From an uncultured Coriobacteriales bacterium (GTDB taxonomy: Bacteria > Actinomycetota > Coriobacteriia > Coriobacteriales > UMGS124), in assembly GCA_902464015.1 (NCBI GenBank), contig CABQHM010000010.1:345-64344 (forward strand): DNA of 64,000 nt. Reading direction: 5' to 3'. The position numbers were made by a program, and so were the translations under genes. The notes below the pieces were generated by a model. It did no database searches, had not been told where the DNA came from, and worked only from the letters and a program-made list of their open reading frames with translations. Below, piece by piece: positions 8,986 to 18,545 of this stretch (positions are counted from its first letter, which is position 1; the number at the start of each line of letters is the position of its first letter).

Positions 8986-10812
8986 TTACTCCGCCAGGCT
9001 GCCGAAGTGCTCGCCGAGCAGCGCGCCGAACACGGTGGCGAAGCCGATGGAAATGCCGTTCATCGGTGCGGTGTACTGCAGCGGGAAACGGCCGCCCGAG
9101 CAGTTGCCCGTGGCGAAGAGGCCCTCGATGGGCTCGAAGCGCTGGTCGAGCACCTGCTGGTTGCCATCGACGAACAGGCCGGAGAGCGTCACCAGCACGA
9201 TGTTGGCGTTGCGGGTGTTCTTCTCGGCGTAGAAAGGACCCTCGTTAATGGGCCACATCATGTCTGCGGGCTTGGCGTAATCCTCATCGCGGCCGGCCTC
9301 GGCGTAACCGGAGTAGGTTTGGACGCTCTCGACGAAGTTGGCCGCAGCCTCGCCCTCGAGACCAAGGTAACCCGCAAGAGTCTCAAGGTCGTCAGCAGCA
9401 AAGATACCGTTGACACCCTCGGCGCCGGCCTCGTAGGCCTCCTTCAGCTTGGCCTCATACTCGTCCATCTTGGCATCGGAAATGTCGGCGCAGTTGAAGT
9501 GACCCAGGGCCTGGTTCTGAGCAAACTGGCGCCAGTGGCCGTTGTCCCACACCTGGATAATGTCAGAGTCGATGGGCTGGCGGGCGCTCTGGCAACCGGC
9601 GACGAACGGCACGCCGAAGGCCTCGTTGCAGAAACGCTTACCGTACTTGTTGATCCAGCAACCGGCCGCAGCGCCGAAGAAGCCCATGGGAAGGGCACTC
9701 GTGGCACCGCCCATGGCGGCACGCGGGCCGATCTCCATCACGCCGCCGGCCCAAATGCCCATCTTGATGCCGTATCCGTCGCGGCCCGAGCCTGCAAGCT
9801 GGGTGTAGGGGTTGCACTCCTGGACCTCGGTGCACAGGGCGTTGTACATGTCGGAGTTGGCGGAGAAATCGCCCAGAGCCAGCACCACGCCGTACTTGGC
9901 GTTGAGTTGCTTGTAGGCACCGGTCTCATTGTCCTGCACGATGGCGCCGCAGACCTTGCCATCCTGCTTGAGGAGGACGACGGCCGAGGTGCCAAAGAGT
10001 GCCTGCGAGCTGGGGCTTGCCTCGATGCCCTTGTCGACAGAGGCAGTGCAGAAAGCACCAGAGGTTTCAAAAACACCGGAGCCAAGCTTCAGCGTGGCTG
10101 GGTAGGTCCAGAAGTAGCCCTTCTTATAGGCATAGTCGCTACCAGGCTGAATGGTGCACACCGATTCCACGGCAGTGATGTCGGGCTGGAGCTCCATCAT
10201 CCAGTCGACCATCTCGCCATTGCGCTGGGCAAACTGCTTGATAAGGTCGGGCTGGGCGCGGCCGGCGCTCTGAAGCTGGTACGAATCAATGAAGTCCCAC
10301 GGGTCAAAGATGTCCTTGGGCACGCCGAGGACCTTCTCCTGCCACTCGGAGTTGAAATGGCCCAGCTCGCCGCCGTACATGGTGAAGCCGTCCTTGTCCT
10401 GGGTATCGACGCCCACGACGGTCAGGCCTTTCTCAGCCGCCATACGGAAGCACTGCGAACCAGAGTAGCCCAAGCCGAGCACCACGACGTCGGCCTCGAT
10501 GGTCTCGGTGATGTCGGCCTCGTCGATGACGGGGGCCTCGCCCACCCAGTTGCGACGCATGGAGTAGTAGACGGTGTCGCCGTTTGCGTCAACACGGGCA
10601 ACGTCGTCCTCGCCGGAATAGGGAGGCGTGGTGGGCGCAGCGCTCATCGGGCCACCGGCGGGAGCGCCGCCCTCGGGACCGCCGGCAGGCGCACCTCCAT
10701 CGGAACCGCCGGCAGGCGCATCGGCCAGAGCCGCACTGGCGGCCACGGTCATCGCGGCGGCACCGGCCGCTGCAAGGAAGGAGCGACGGGAAACACGGGA
10801 AGCCTGGGACAT
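8986..10812 (-). CDS. Tat-signal FAD-dependent reductase (fumarate reductase/FAD_binding_2 family) with Gly/Pro-rich linker
   Basis: N-terminal SRVSRRSFLAAAGAAAMTVAASAALA, dinucleotide fold VVVLGLGYSGS, C-terminal GLFATGNCSGG. GAGGAGG RBS. Confidence 0.85.
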   Translation of the reverse strand: MSQASRVSRRSFLAAAGAAAMTVAASAALADAPAGGSDGGAPAGGPEGGAPAGGPMSAAPTTPPYSGEDDVARVDANGDTVYYSMRRNWVGEAPVIDEADITETIEADVVVLGLGYSGSQCFRMAAEKGLTVVGVDTQDKDGFTMYGGELGHFNSEWQEKVLGVPKDIFDPWDFIDSYQLQSAGRAQPDLIKQFAQRNGEMVDWMMELQPDITAVESVCTIQPGSDYAYKKGYFWTYPATLKLGSGVFETSGAFCTASVDKGIEASPSSQALFGTSAVVLLKQDGKVCGAIVQDNETGAYKQLNAKYGVVLALGDFSANSDMYNALCTEVQECNPYTQLAGSGRDGYGIKMGIWAGGVMEIGPRAAMGGATSALPMGFFGAAAGCWINKYGKRFCNEAFGVPFVAGCQSARQPIDSDIIQVWDNGHWRQFAQNQALGHFNCADISDAKMDEYEAKLKEAYEAGAEGVNGIFAADDLETLAGYLGLEGEAAANFVESVQTYSGYAEAGRDEDYAKPADMMWPINEGPFYAEKNTRNANIVLVTLSGLFVDGNQQVLDQRFEPIEGLFATGNCSGGRFPLQYTAPMNGISIGFATVFGALLGEHFGSLAE

Positions 10813-11118
10813 GCAGGTACCTCCTCTTCAGGGCCGAGGCGACAAGCCCGCGGCCGTATGACAGACCGCAGGCGCCGCACCGCTCGCAGTGCGCCGCCTG
10901 CACTGGACTTAAGAGTAGGCAAACCCGTCTGCAAGGCCATACCAAATTGTTATGAGCTATCTACCAGGTAAAATGTTTTACAACTCAAACGCGCCACACA
11001 ACATCTGCCACCCGTATCGCAGGTTTTGGAGTATGCGATGGTCGCTCTATCGCGCTCTACCAAATTGTTTTGAGAGGCCTTGGTCGCCCACAGCCGACGC
11101 CATCTTCGTCTGCCGCAC

Positions 11119-11160
11119 AAAAAAAGCGCACCTGCGGGTCTTAAACCCTGACAGGTGCGC
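11119..11160 (-). terminator. Rho-independent terminator after the SufBD-like gene
   Basis: On the minus strand: gcgcacctg-N17-caggtgcgc followed by ttttttt. Confidence 0.75.
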
Positions 11161-11196
11161 CTTGAGACAGAACGCAATCTTGTTTGCGGCGTTCTC

Positions 11197-12177
11197 TTAG
11201 CTCAAGAAGTCCTGGATAATCTGCTCCTCGGCCTCTTCCTCGGTGAGACCCAGGGTCATGAGCTTGATAATCTCCTCGCCGGCAATCTTGCCGATGGCAG
11301 CTTCGTGCACGAGCTGGGCATCCTCGGAGTCAGCCTCGATACCGGGGATGGCGCGGACCTTGGCCTTGCCCATGAGGATGGCGTCGCACTGCACGTGGCC
11401 GCGGCAGTCGGCGGCGCCGATGACCAGCGGGTTGAAGATCTGCTGCGAGTTGTCCTTGGCAACCGAGCGGCTGATGACCTGCACGGAGGAGCCGTCGCCT
11501 TCCATGACGACCTTCATGTTGGAGGTCGCGGTCTGGTCGCCTGTGGTCATGAGCTTCTCGGTGAGGGTGAGCTTGCAGTTGGAGCCCAGGTAGCAGTCGG
11601 TGTCGCGCACGGTGCTCGAGACGCCCTCGATCTGCACGGTGAGCATCTCCATGGTGGAGCCGTCCTCCATGTGGACCTCGGTCACCGGGTTGAGGATGCG
11701 CGCGCCCTCACCCGAGCCCTCGCCGTAGTGCTTCTCGAGGTAGACGACGCGGCTGTTCTTGCCCAGGAAGAAACGGTGGATGCCGTCGTGCTGGGAGTCC
11801 TCGCAGCCGTCGTTGTGCACGCCGCAGCCAGCGACGATGTACACGTCGGCACCCTCGCCGATGAAGAAGTCGTTGTACACCTTGTCGGTGAGGCCGCTCT
11901 CGGTGAGCACCACGGGGATGTGGAGCTGCTCGCCCTGCGTGCCAGGGGCGACGTTGATATCGATGCCCGGCAGGTCCTCCTTCGTCGTGATGACGATGTT
12001 CTCGGAGTTCTGACGCGCCGCAAGGTGGCCGTCCTTGCGAATGTTGATGGCGCCCGTGGTCTCGCCGGCCTTCATGTCGGCGATAATCTGAAGCATGTCG
12101 GAGGTGATGGAGTCGATCTCGCTCGCATCAAGGGCGCCCGCCTGGGCGGCCGTGGCCGTGTTCTGCTCTTCGCTCAT
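11197..12177 (-). CDS. SufB/SufD-family (UPF0051) Fe-S assembly-like protein
   Basis: 326 aa. The beta-helix-like C-terminal region (DAILMGKAKVRAIPGIEADSEDAQLVHEAAIGKI) is typical of SufBD. The start lies 2 nt after the upstream ABC ATPase stop. Confidence 0.75.
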   Translation of the reverse strand: MSEEQNTATAAQAGALDASEIDSITSDMLQIIADMKAGETTGAINIRKDGHLAARQNSENIVITTKEDLPGIDINVAPGTQGEQLHIPVVLTESGLTDKVYNDFFIGEGADVYIVAGCGVHNDGCEDSQHDGIHRFFLGKNSRVVYLEKHYGEGSGEGARILNPVTEVHMEDGSTMEMLTVQIEGVSSTVRDTDCYLGSNCKLTLTEKLMTTGDQTATSNMKVVMEGDGSSVQVISRSVAKDNSQQIFNPLVIGAADCRGHVQCDAILMGKAKVRAIPGIEADSEDAQLVHEAAIGKIAGEEIIKLMTLGLTEEEAEEQIIQDFLS

Positions 12178-12179
12178 CT

Positions 12180-12974
12180 CTAATCCTCCGGATTCAGGGA
12201 CCACTGGCCCAGCTCGGTGTCAACAGTACCCAGGCCGCACGAGACGTTGGCGGCATGGCGACGAATCATGAGGGTGGGGAACATCTCCTCGCGCGTGCCC
12301 TGGCGGTCGACGCGGCCGTCCTTGATGACCACGATGTTGTCGGCGATGTCCATGATGCGCTCCTGGTGCGAGATGATGACCAGGGCGTGGTCGGGCTGGT
12401 CGGCATGGAACTTCTGGAAGGTGCCGATAAGCCTGTCGAAGCTCCACAGGTCGATGCCGGCCTCGGGCTCGTCGAAGATGGCCAGGCGCGGGTTGCGCGC
12501 GAGCACCGTGGCAATCTCGATGCGCTTGAGCTCGCCACCGGAGAGGCTCTTATCCACGTCGCGCATAAGGTAGTTGCTCGAGCACAGGCCCACGGCGCTC
12601 AGATACTCATTGCACTCCTGGGCCGAGATCTTCTTGCCCGAGGCGAGCTTGAGAAGCTTGCGTACCTTCATGCCCTTGAAGCGGGCCGGCGCCTGGAAAC
12701 CGTAGCCGATGCCCATGCGAGCGCGCTCGTCGATGGTAGCTGCGGTGATGTCCTTGCCCTCAAAGACAATGCTACCCGACGTGGGCTTCTCGATGCCCAT
12801 GATGAGGCGTGCGAGCGTGGACTTGCCGCCGCCGTTGGGGCCGGTGATGACCGTGATCCTGCCGGCTTCGATGTTCAGCGACAGGTCATCGATGATGCGC
12901 CTGCCGGGAACGGGCTTTCCTGCGGCGTCGACGCCCGCCGGTGCCTCAAACGCGATGTTCTCGAGTGTGAGCAT
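12180..12974 (-). CDS. SufC-like ABC ATPase
   Basis: Walker A GPNGGGKST, signature LSGGELKR, Walker B AIFDEPEAGID. Translationally coupled to the SufBD-like gene. Confidence 0.85.
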   Translation of the reverse strand: MLTLENIAFEAPAGVDAAGKPVPGRRIIDDLSLNIEAGRITVITGPNGGGKSTLARLIMGIEKPTSGSIVFEGKDITAATIDERARMGIGYGFQAPARFKGMKVRKLLKLASGKKISAQECNEYLSAVGLCSSNYLMRDVDKSLSGGELKRIEIATVLARNPRLAIFDEPEAGIDLWSFDRLIGTFQKFHADQPDHALVIISHQERIMDIADNIVVIKDGRVDRQGTREEMFPTLMIRRHAANVSCGLGTVDTELGQWSLNPED

Positions 12975-13307
12975 CGCTCCTCCTTCTCCCTGATACTCCC
13001 AATCCCGTCTGCAGCACGTGGCCGCAGATCTTGATGGGGTTCAGTATAGGCGAAAAGGAGTTCAAATACCCGCAAGTCACTAGGATTTGTTTGGCAAATT
13101 TTCCCAGCGGCCCCCAAAAACCGGCCCCATCTGACTTCCGCCCCTCGCCGCAGTATGTCTATCAGACTGTCTACCTGGAAAAACGCTTGCCGTACGAACC
13201 CATTCCCCGGAAAAACCGGGTGCCACGTAACTCGCGCGCCTCACGCAAACCCCGTACTCATGCAGGCCCATCAAGCGGCGCACGGCCTTGAAGGAGCGGC
13301 CGGCGAG

Positions 13308-14411
13308 CTACTTTGACACCTGAGCGGCGCCCGCGGAGGCACGCAGCTTTGCCGCACGCTTGCGCTCATACATCTGGACATCCGCGCGACGCACGCATTC
13401 CCGCATGTCGTCCCCGGGCTCAAAATGAGCATGTCCGATTGACACGGTGGTCATCCAGGAATGCTCCGCGTTCAGATCGACAATCTTTTTGACAAAGGTC
13501 TCCTCAAGGGCGTCCACCCCCGCCATGTTGCGATGTAGGATGACGCAAAACTCGTCACCGCCTATGCGGAAGCAATTGCCGTCACGTCCGTACACGTCGT
13601 AAATGGCCTTGGCAACGGCAACAAGGCACTCGTCGCCCACATCGTGACCATGCTTGTCGTTCACGCTTTTAAAGTCATCGACATCGAAGAAGATTACCTC
13701 CACCGAATCGCAGAGGTTCGAAAGGCGAGCCGTGTAACTTTGCCTGTTAAACAAGCACGTAAGGGCATCAGTCTGCTGGACAAACAAACAGTAAAGCATA
13801 TAGAAGAAGATTCCGCACACGGCGAGAGTGGCCCAAACCATCAAGACAGAGGTATCGATAACGTTCACGATGATTGCAACAGCAACAAAAGCAAGGACAA
13901 GCCAGGGAATATAACGAACACGCATCTCAAGCCGGGTGAGATAATGCATCGTCTCCCGCATGACATAGATTGCAACAACGCCGTACGTGGCGATGTACAG
14001 GGGGTACAGGGGCCCCCTGGAGAAGGCGGCGTTGTCATCAACGACGAAAACGAGCCCCGAAAAGGACAAGGCCAACTGGACGGCCGCATGAACTCCCGCG
14101 ACGATAAACGCTACCCGCACATACTTGCTTTTCTCATTGATAAAGGCGGCAGAGACGGCAATGGGCGCGAACAGGGCACACGCGTAATCGAGCGCCTGCG
14201 CTATGCACATGATGGGGCGAACAAACGCGCCAGCACCATCGAACCACACGGTGAGAAACTCAGAGGTCGAGCCCGCAATAATGTCAGCAAACGCGAGCGT
14301 GAACAGGCGCTGTACACGATGCGGAAGCACAACGTTGGCGCGCACCATGGCAATCGCGATGAGTGATGTAAAAAGCACGAAAGCCTTAACGTACAGATAG
14401 TACTTGTCCAT
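13308..14411 (-). CDS. Integral-membrane diguanylate cyclase (GGDEF)
   Basis: Hydrophobic N-terminal half, RIGGDEFCVIL motif. Start taken at MDKYYLYVKAF (14411) rather than the ORF-track start at 14612. Confidence 0.8.
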   Translation of the reverse strand: MDKYYLYVKAFVLFTSLIAIAMVRANVVLPHRVQRLFTLAFADIIAGSTSEFLTVWFDGAGAFVRPIMCIAQALDYACALFAPIAVSAAFINEKSKYVRVAFIVAGVHAAVQLALSFSGLVFVVDDNAAFSRGPLYPLYIATYGVVAIYVMRETMHYLTRLEMRVRYIPWLVLAFVAVAIIVNVIDTSVLMVWATLAVCGIFFYMLYCLFVQQTDALTCLFNRQSYTARLSNLCDSVEVIFFDVDDFKSVNDKHGHDVGDECLVAVAKAIYDVYGRDGNCFRIGGDEFCVILHRNMAGVDALEETFVKKIVDLNAEHSWMTTVSIGHAHFEPGDDMRECVRRADVQMYERKRAAKLRASAGAAQVSK

Positions 14412-14762
14412 AACTCCCACCGCGATGCCGACAAATTGTCCATCAGTATAGTATGCCGCGCGGCATCGCCCGGTGCGGTCAACGCATTGTAAAAGAATCA
14501 AGGCGCAAAAAGCGGGCACACGTTCTGGCCGGTAGCTACGAATTCTCTCGCTGAGCCATAGGCGTACCCACTCGATGCCGCCGATACCCAAGGTAGTTGC
14601 ATATGGCAACAACCTGTATGAGTAAAACTACATCCAAACGCAGGGCGCCTCCAGACATGCCATGCTACCCATAAGCACAGCCAATCCGTAGGCGCTCGCT
14701 CACATTACGCCAATTAAGGTATGCATGCAAATAGATCAAACCAACTGGTGCCAATCTGTACC

Positions 14763-14793
14763 AAAAAACAGGAGCGTCTTTGCGGCGCTCCCG
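14763..14793 (-). terminator. Rho-independent terminator after the NifX-like gene
   Basis: On the minus strand: ggagcg-N9-cgctcc followed by tgtttttt. Confidence 0.6.
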
Positions 14794-14831
14794 TCCACTT
14801 GCTTGGTATTGGGTTTCGGACTCCCCGCGAC

Positions 14832-15194
14832 TTAGTGCACGCAGGCCTGGTCGAGCCTCATCGGGCGCAGGTCGCCGGCGATGAACTTGTCGATGACGGC
14901 ACCCACCGTGGGGGCCATGGCATCGATGTACACCGAGGCACCGTTCTGCGTGAACGCACGGAACGGGGGCTGACCCATACCGAGAACGACGATGGCGTCG
15001 ATGTCCAGGCTGAGCGCGTACTGGATGACGCCGCCGCAGCCATACTCATCATGGTCGACGTTCTTGAAGACCTCGACCTTCTCCACCTTGCCGTCTTCAA
15101 TCGTGGCGATGGTGAAGTAGGGCGAATGTCCAAAGTGACCGCTGCGCGTGCTCTCGAGGCCCTGGTCAGTATCGCTGGGAACCGCAACCCTCAT
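14832..15194 (-). CDS. NifB/NifX-type dinitrogenase FeMo-cofactor-binding-domain protein
   Basis: MRVAVPSDTDQGLESTRSGHFGHSPYFTIATIEDGKV... is the characteristic N-terminus of this family. About 120 aa. Confidence 0.75.
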   Translation of the reverse strand: MRVAVPSDTDQGLESTRSGHFGHSPYFTIATIEDGKVEKVEVFKNVDHDEYGCGGVIQYALSLDIDAIVVLGMGQPPFRAFTQNGASVYIDAMAPTVGAVIDKFIAGDLRPMRLDQACVH

Positions 15195-15312
15195 GTGAAT
15201 CTCCTTCTCCGTTGTGCGACGGTGAAGTCGCACTCTCTGTATAGAACAGCCCCCGGTCCTTCGCGGGGAACCGGCAGGCTGCAAGAGCCCAATCTACCTC
15301 GGACGACAACCC

Positions 15313-15666
15313 TTACTTGTCCTCGCCGCCCGCCACGCTCGTGCACCGGCAACCCTCGCAGAAGGCGCAACGTGGCTGCCCCTGGCAATCGCATGCCGTA
15401 CGCGTGGAACCGATCCACTCGCCCACCTGGTCACGCACCTGCGCCAACACCGCCTCGTCCACCACGTAGTGCACGTGACGGCAGTGGCGCACGGCAATCA
15501 CAAGCCCGCAGTCTTTAAGCTGCCCCATATGCTGCGACACGGCCGCCTCGCTGATGCCGAGCGCCTGGGCGAGCGAACGGGGACAGTGATGTCGTTCGAG
15601 CAGCAGCAAGAACATTTTGAACCGCGTGGGGTCGCCAAGTGCCTTTGCGACCTTGCACATGTCCAT
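15313..15666 (-). CDS. ArsR/SmtB-family transcriptional regulator with Cys-rich C-terminal tail
   Basis: KALGDPTRFKMFLLLLERHHCPRSLAQALGISEAAVSQHMGQLKDCGLV is an ArsR HTH. The tail reads CDCQGQPRCAFCEGCRC. Confidence 0.8.
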   Translation of the reverse strand: MDMCKVAKALGDPTRFKMFLLLLERHHCPRSLAQALGISEAAVSQHMGQLKDCGLVIAVRHCRHVHYVVDEAVLAQVRDQVGEWIGSTRTACDCQGQPRCAFCEGCRCTSVAGGEDK

Positions 15667-16079
15667 CGAGCTGCCTCCCCTCCCAATGACTCCCGGCGTT
15701 TCACGCGCCAATTAAGCAATCGCTTAACCAACAAGGACAAAGCACACTCTACGCGTGTTTTTGCTTAAGTCAATACTTAATTATTGCAATCTCATCGAAT
15801 GTCGCAAGGGGGTTCGCCAGCGGCAAAGCGCGCGTACGGAGCGCACGGCGGCGGCAATGGGCCCAAAAAGCCCAAAAGTATGCGTTATACCTTCCCAAAA
15901 AGCGTTTCTGCCCGACGCCCAACAAATCATGCCAGCATTACCCCAGGTAGATGAGGCGTGACTCTGCAGGCACAGCGTCCTTGACAACTATATAACGCAT
16001 ACTTATGCCGCTTTCGGGGCATAGAACCCCTTCACGGCGGCAGATCAGCGGCCGAAGGTCACCGCAAGGGCCCAAACGC

Positions 16080-16118
16080 AAAAAGCCGCCGCACCCGGTG
16101 ATTTCCGGGCACGGCGGC
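16080..16118 (-). terminator. Rho-independent terminator after the flavoreductase gene
   Basis: On the minus strand: gccgccg-N20-cggcggc followed by ttttt. Confidence 0.7.
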
Positions 16119-16167
16119 CTGAGCAGAACCTATCGCGATCTAGAACCTGCCTGACACGACACGTTTC

Positions 16168-18183
16168 TTAGAGAGCAGCGCCCTCGAGAGCAGCGTCGAC
16201 GGCGTCCTTGATGGCCTTGGAGGTGATGGTGGCGCCGGAAACGGTGTCAACACCCTCGGTGCCGTTGGCGGCGATGATGGCGCCGGGGATCTCGGCGATA
16301 GCCTTGGTGCCGATGCCGTCGGTCTCGGAGTTGTCGCCAACCTCGACGGCGGTGATGACGCCACCCTCGACGGTCACGGTCACAGGCACGCTGCCGCCGA
16401 TGCCCTTGCCGTCGCCCTCATAGGTGCCGTCGGCCCACTTGGCCTCGGCGTCGGAAGCAACGGAGTCGCGGGCCTTCTCCTCGGAAGAGCCGGCAGCCTG
16501 AGCGGCAGCGGCCTCCTCGGCAGCCTTGGCAGCGGCGATGCTGATGGCCTCGGCGGCCTCATTGTCAGCGGCGATGACGTCGGCAGCCAGCGGCACGTTG
16601 CCGCCCAGGGCAGCCGTGGCGGCGTTGGTGCCGGCGATGCGACCGAACACCGTGTAGCCGCTCATGACGCACCAGTAGTCGCCCTCCATGATACCGCCGG
16701 CAGCGCCGGGCACGGCCCACAGGCCGTCCATGGGACGGTCGTCGTAGCCGATGACCTGGGAGTTGACGTCAATCTTGATGCCGCCGAAGGTGCCCATGAC
16801 GCCGGCAACAACGGGGATGCAGTAGAAGGGCGGGGTGGTCAGGGGCACACCAGACTTCACGGGCACGTCAAGATCGCCGGTCGCACCGTTGGCGATGGCG
16901 TCGTTCCACTCGTTGACCGTGCGCAGGAAGGCGTTGGCGTTGAACTTGTCGCCGGAGACGGTCTCGGTCTGGACCTTAGTGGCCAGTTCCTCGAGGGTGT
17001 CGGCCTGGACGACGGTGGCACCGTGCTCGCGCAGCCACTCGACGCGGTCGCCGCCCACAACGGCAGCGTTGCAGTAGGCGGTCTCAACCATGGTCTGGTG
17101 AGCGGCCTCGTCGAAGAAGAGGTAGGCGCGGGCGTAGAACTGCTGCATGATCTCCTGGTTGACCAGGGAGGAGGTGAGGCCCTCGTTCACGAAGCGCTTG
17201 CCGTCGCAGTTGACGTACACGCCGAGGGTCTGGATGGCGTGAACCGTGGCGCCATAGTAGGCCATGTGCACGTCGTCGATGTTCTCGCACGCCTCGTAGG
17301 CCTCGGGCGTGTCATAGGTGCAGTAGCTGGTCTGGGGCCAGGGCTGGGGGTGACCATAGTAGGAGCCGAAGCTCTTGGAGAGCTTGGCGCCGGCCTTCTC
17401 GGCCATGATGATGCCGGTGCCGTCGAGGTAAGGCACGCACTGGGCCTGGGAGATGTCGGCGTGACGGCCCAGGTAACGGGTCATCATTTCCTTGTTGCAC
17501 TGGAAGCCGCCGGTGGCGATGATGACCTGCTTGGCGCCGATGGTAATCTTGTTGCCCTCAGCGTCGGTGCACACGATGCCGCAAGGCTTGCCGGCCTCGT
17601 CGCAGATGAGGTCGGTGGCGCGGGTCAGGAGCAGCGTGGTGCCGCCCTTGTCGTTGAAAATCTGGCCGAACTGCTGCAGGTACTCGTCGGTGTAGGACTT
17701 GGAGCCCTGCTCGGCGGGACGACGGCCACCCATCCACAGGTAGGAGCTGCCGGGAGCGAGCTGCTCGACGGTGAGGCCCAGGCCGCTGATCCAGTCGACG
17801 GTCTCCTCCCAGTTGACGATCATGGCCTTGCCCAGGTCGGGGTCGGACAGCGGGACCTTGGCGTAGACGGCCTTCCAGTCGATGCCGAAGCGCGGGCCAA
17901 GGGCGCCGGCGGCGAAACGAGAGGTGCCACCCACGTGGCCGGAGGCCTCAACGAGGATGGTCTGGGCGCCGGCCTCAACGGAAGCGACGGCGGCAGCCAG
18001 GCCGCCGATACCGGCGCCGGCGACAACGACGTCGCACGTATAGGTGTAGCCGCCCTCGGGCTCGGCAGCTGCCTCGTCGGCCTGGGCCTGCTTGACGGCG
18101 ACCGTGCCGGCAACGGCGCTGATGCCGGCGACGGCGCCAGCACCCATGAGGAAGTTGCGGCGGGAAGAAGCGGTGTCGATCAT
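16168..18183 (-). CDS. Tat-signal FAD-dependent reductase with C-terminal FMN_bind domain
   Basis: ASSRRNFLMGAGAVAGISAVAG Tat motif, VVVAGAGIGGLAAA. C-terminal FMN_bind with DTVSGATITSKA flavinylation-type motif. AGGAGG RBS. Start at MIDTASS. Confidence 0.9.
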   Translation of the reverse strand: MIDTASSRRNFLMGAGAVAGISAVAGTVAVKQAQADEAAAEPEGGYTYTCDVVVAGAGIGGLAAAVASVEAGAQTILVEASGHVGGTSRFAAGALGPRFGIDWKAVYAKVPLSDPDLGKAMIVNWEETVDWISGLGLTVEQLAPGSSYLWMGGRRPAEQGSKSYTDEYLQQFGQIFNDKGGTTLLLTRATDLICDEAGKPCGIVCTDAEGNKITIGAKQVIIATGGFQCNKEMMTRYLGRHADISQAQCVPYLDGTGIIMAEKAGAKLSKSFGSYYGHPQPWPQTSYCTYDTPEAYEACENIDDVHMAYYGATVHAIQTLGVYVNCDGKRFVNEGLTSSLVNQEIMQQFYARAYLFFDEAAHQTMVETAYCNAAVVGGDRVEWLREHGATVVQADTLEELATKVQTETVSGDKFNANAFLRTVNEWNDAIANGATGDLDVPVKSGVPLTTPPFYCIPVVAGVMGTFGGIKIDVNSQVIGYDDRPMDGLWAVPGAAGGIMEGDYWCVMSGYTVFGRIAGTNAATAALGGNVPLAADVIAADNEAAEAISIAAAKAAEEAAAAQAAGSSEEKARDSVASDAEAKWADGTYEGDGKGIGGSVPVTVTVEGGVITAVEVGDNSETDGIGTKAIAEIPGAIIAANGTEGVDTVSGATITSKAIKDAVDAALEGAAL

Positions 18184-18545
18184 TGTTACCTCCTTGGTCG
18201 TAGTGGCGAGCGCCCACAGGCTCGCGCGCCCCGCCCCGACGGCAACCGCCGGCGCAGCCACGCCTGGTCCAGGCTCTCAGGAAGGGTTTGCCCGCCCTGA
18301 CGCCAGTGCCATATACCTGTAAGCGTTTGTCCCCCGCACGGCCGCCCCTTGCGGCCATGCCTAGGTACAACCATACGCAGCCCAACCTATTTGCACATCA
18401 CCGACGCATTGGTTAGACGCCCTTTTCCAGGCCTTTCAAAGGCAGCCAACCCTACCCCCAAAATGTGTGTTGCCCACCTTTGAGCTGGAATAATGCGGAT
18501 TCCGTGTCAGTTCGTAATGCAGGTCTGCCCGCGGGCAAAAATCTT

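Noticed and set aside
9007-10971. 654-aa plus-strand ORF overlapping the flavoreductase gene 8986-10812
   Set aside because: It is an antisense shadow ORF, which is typical of GC-rich DNA. The translation is Gly/Ala/Arg/His/Val-rich with no recognisable motif. The minus strand encodes a protein with a Tat signal, GxGxxG and family-wide blocks.
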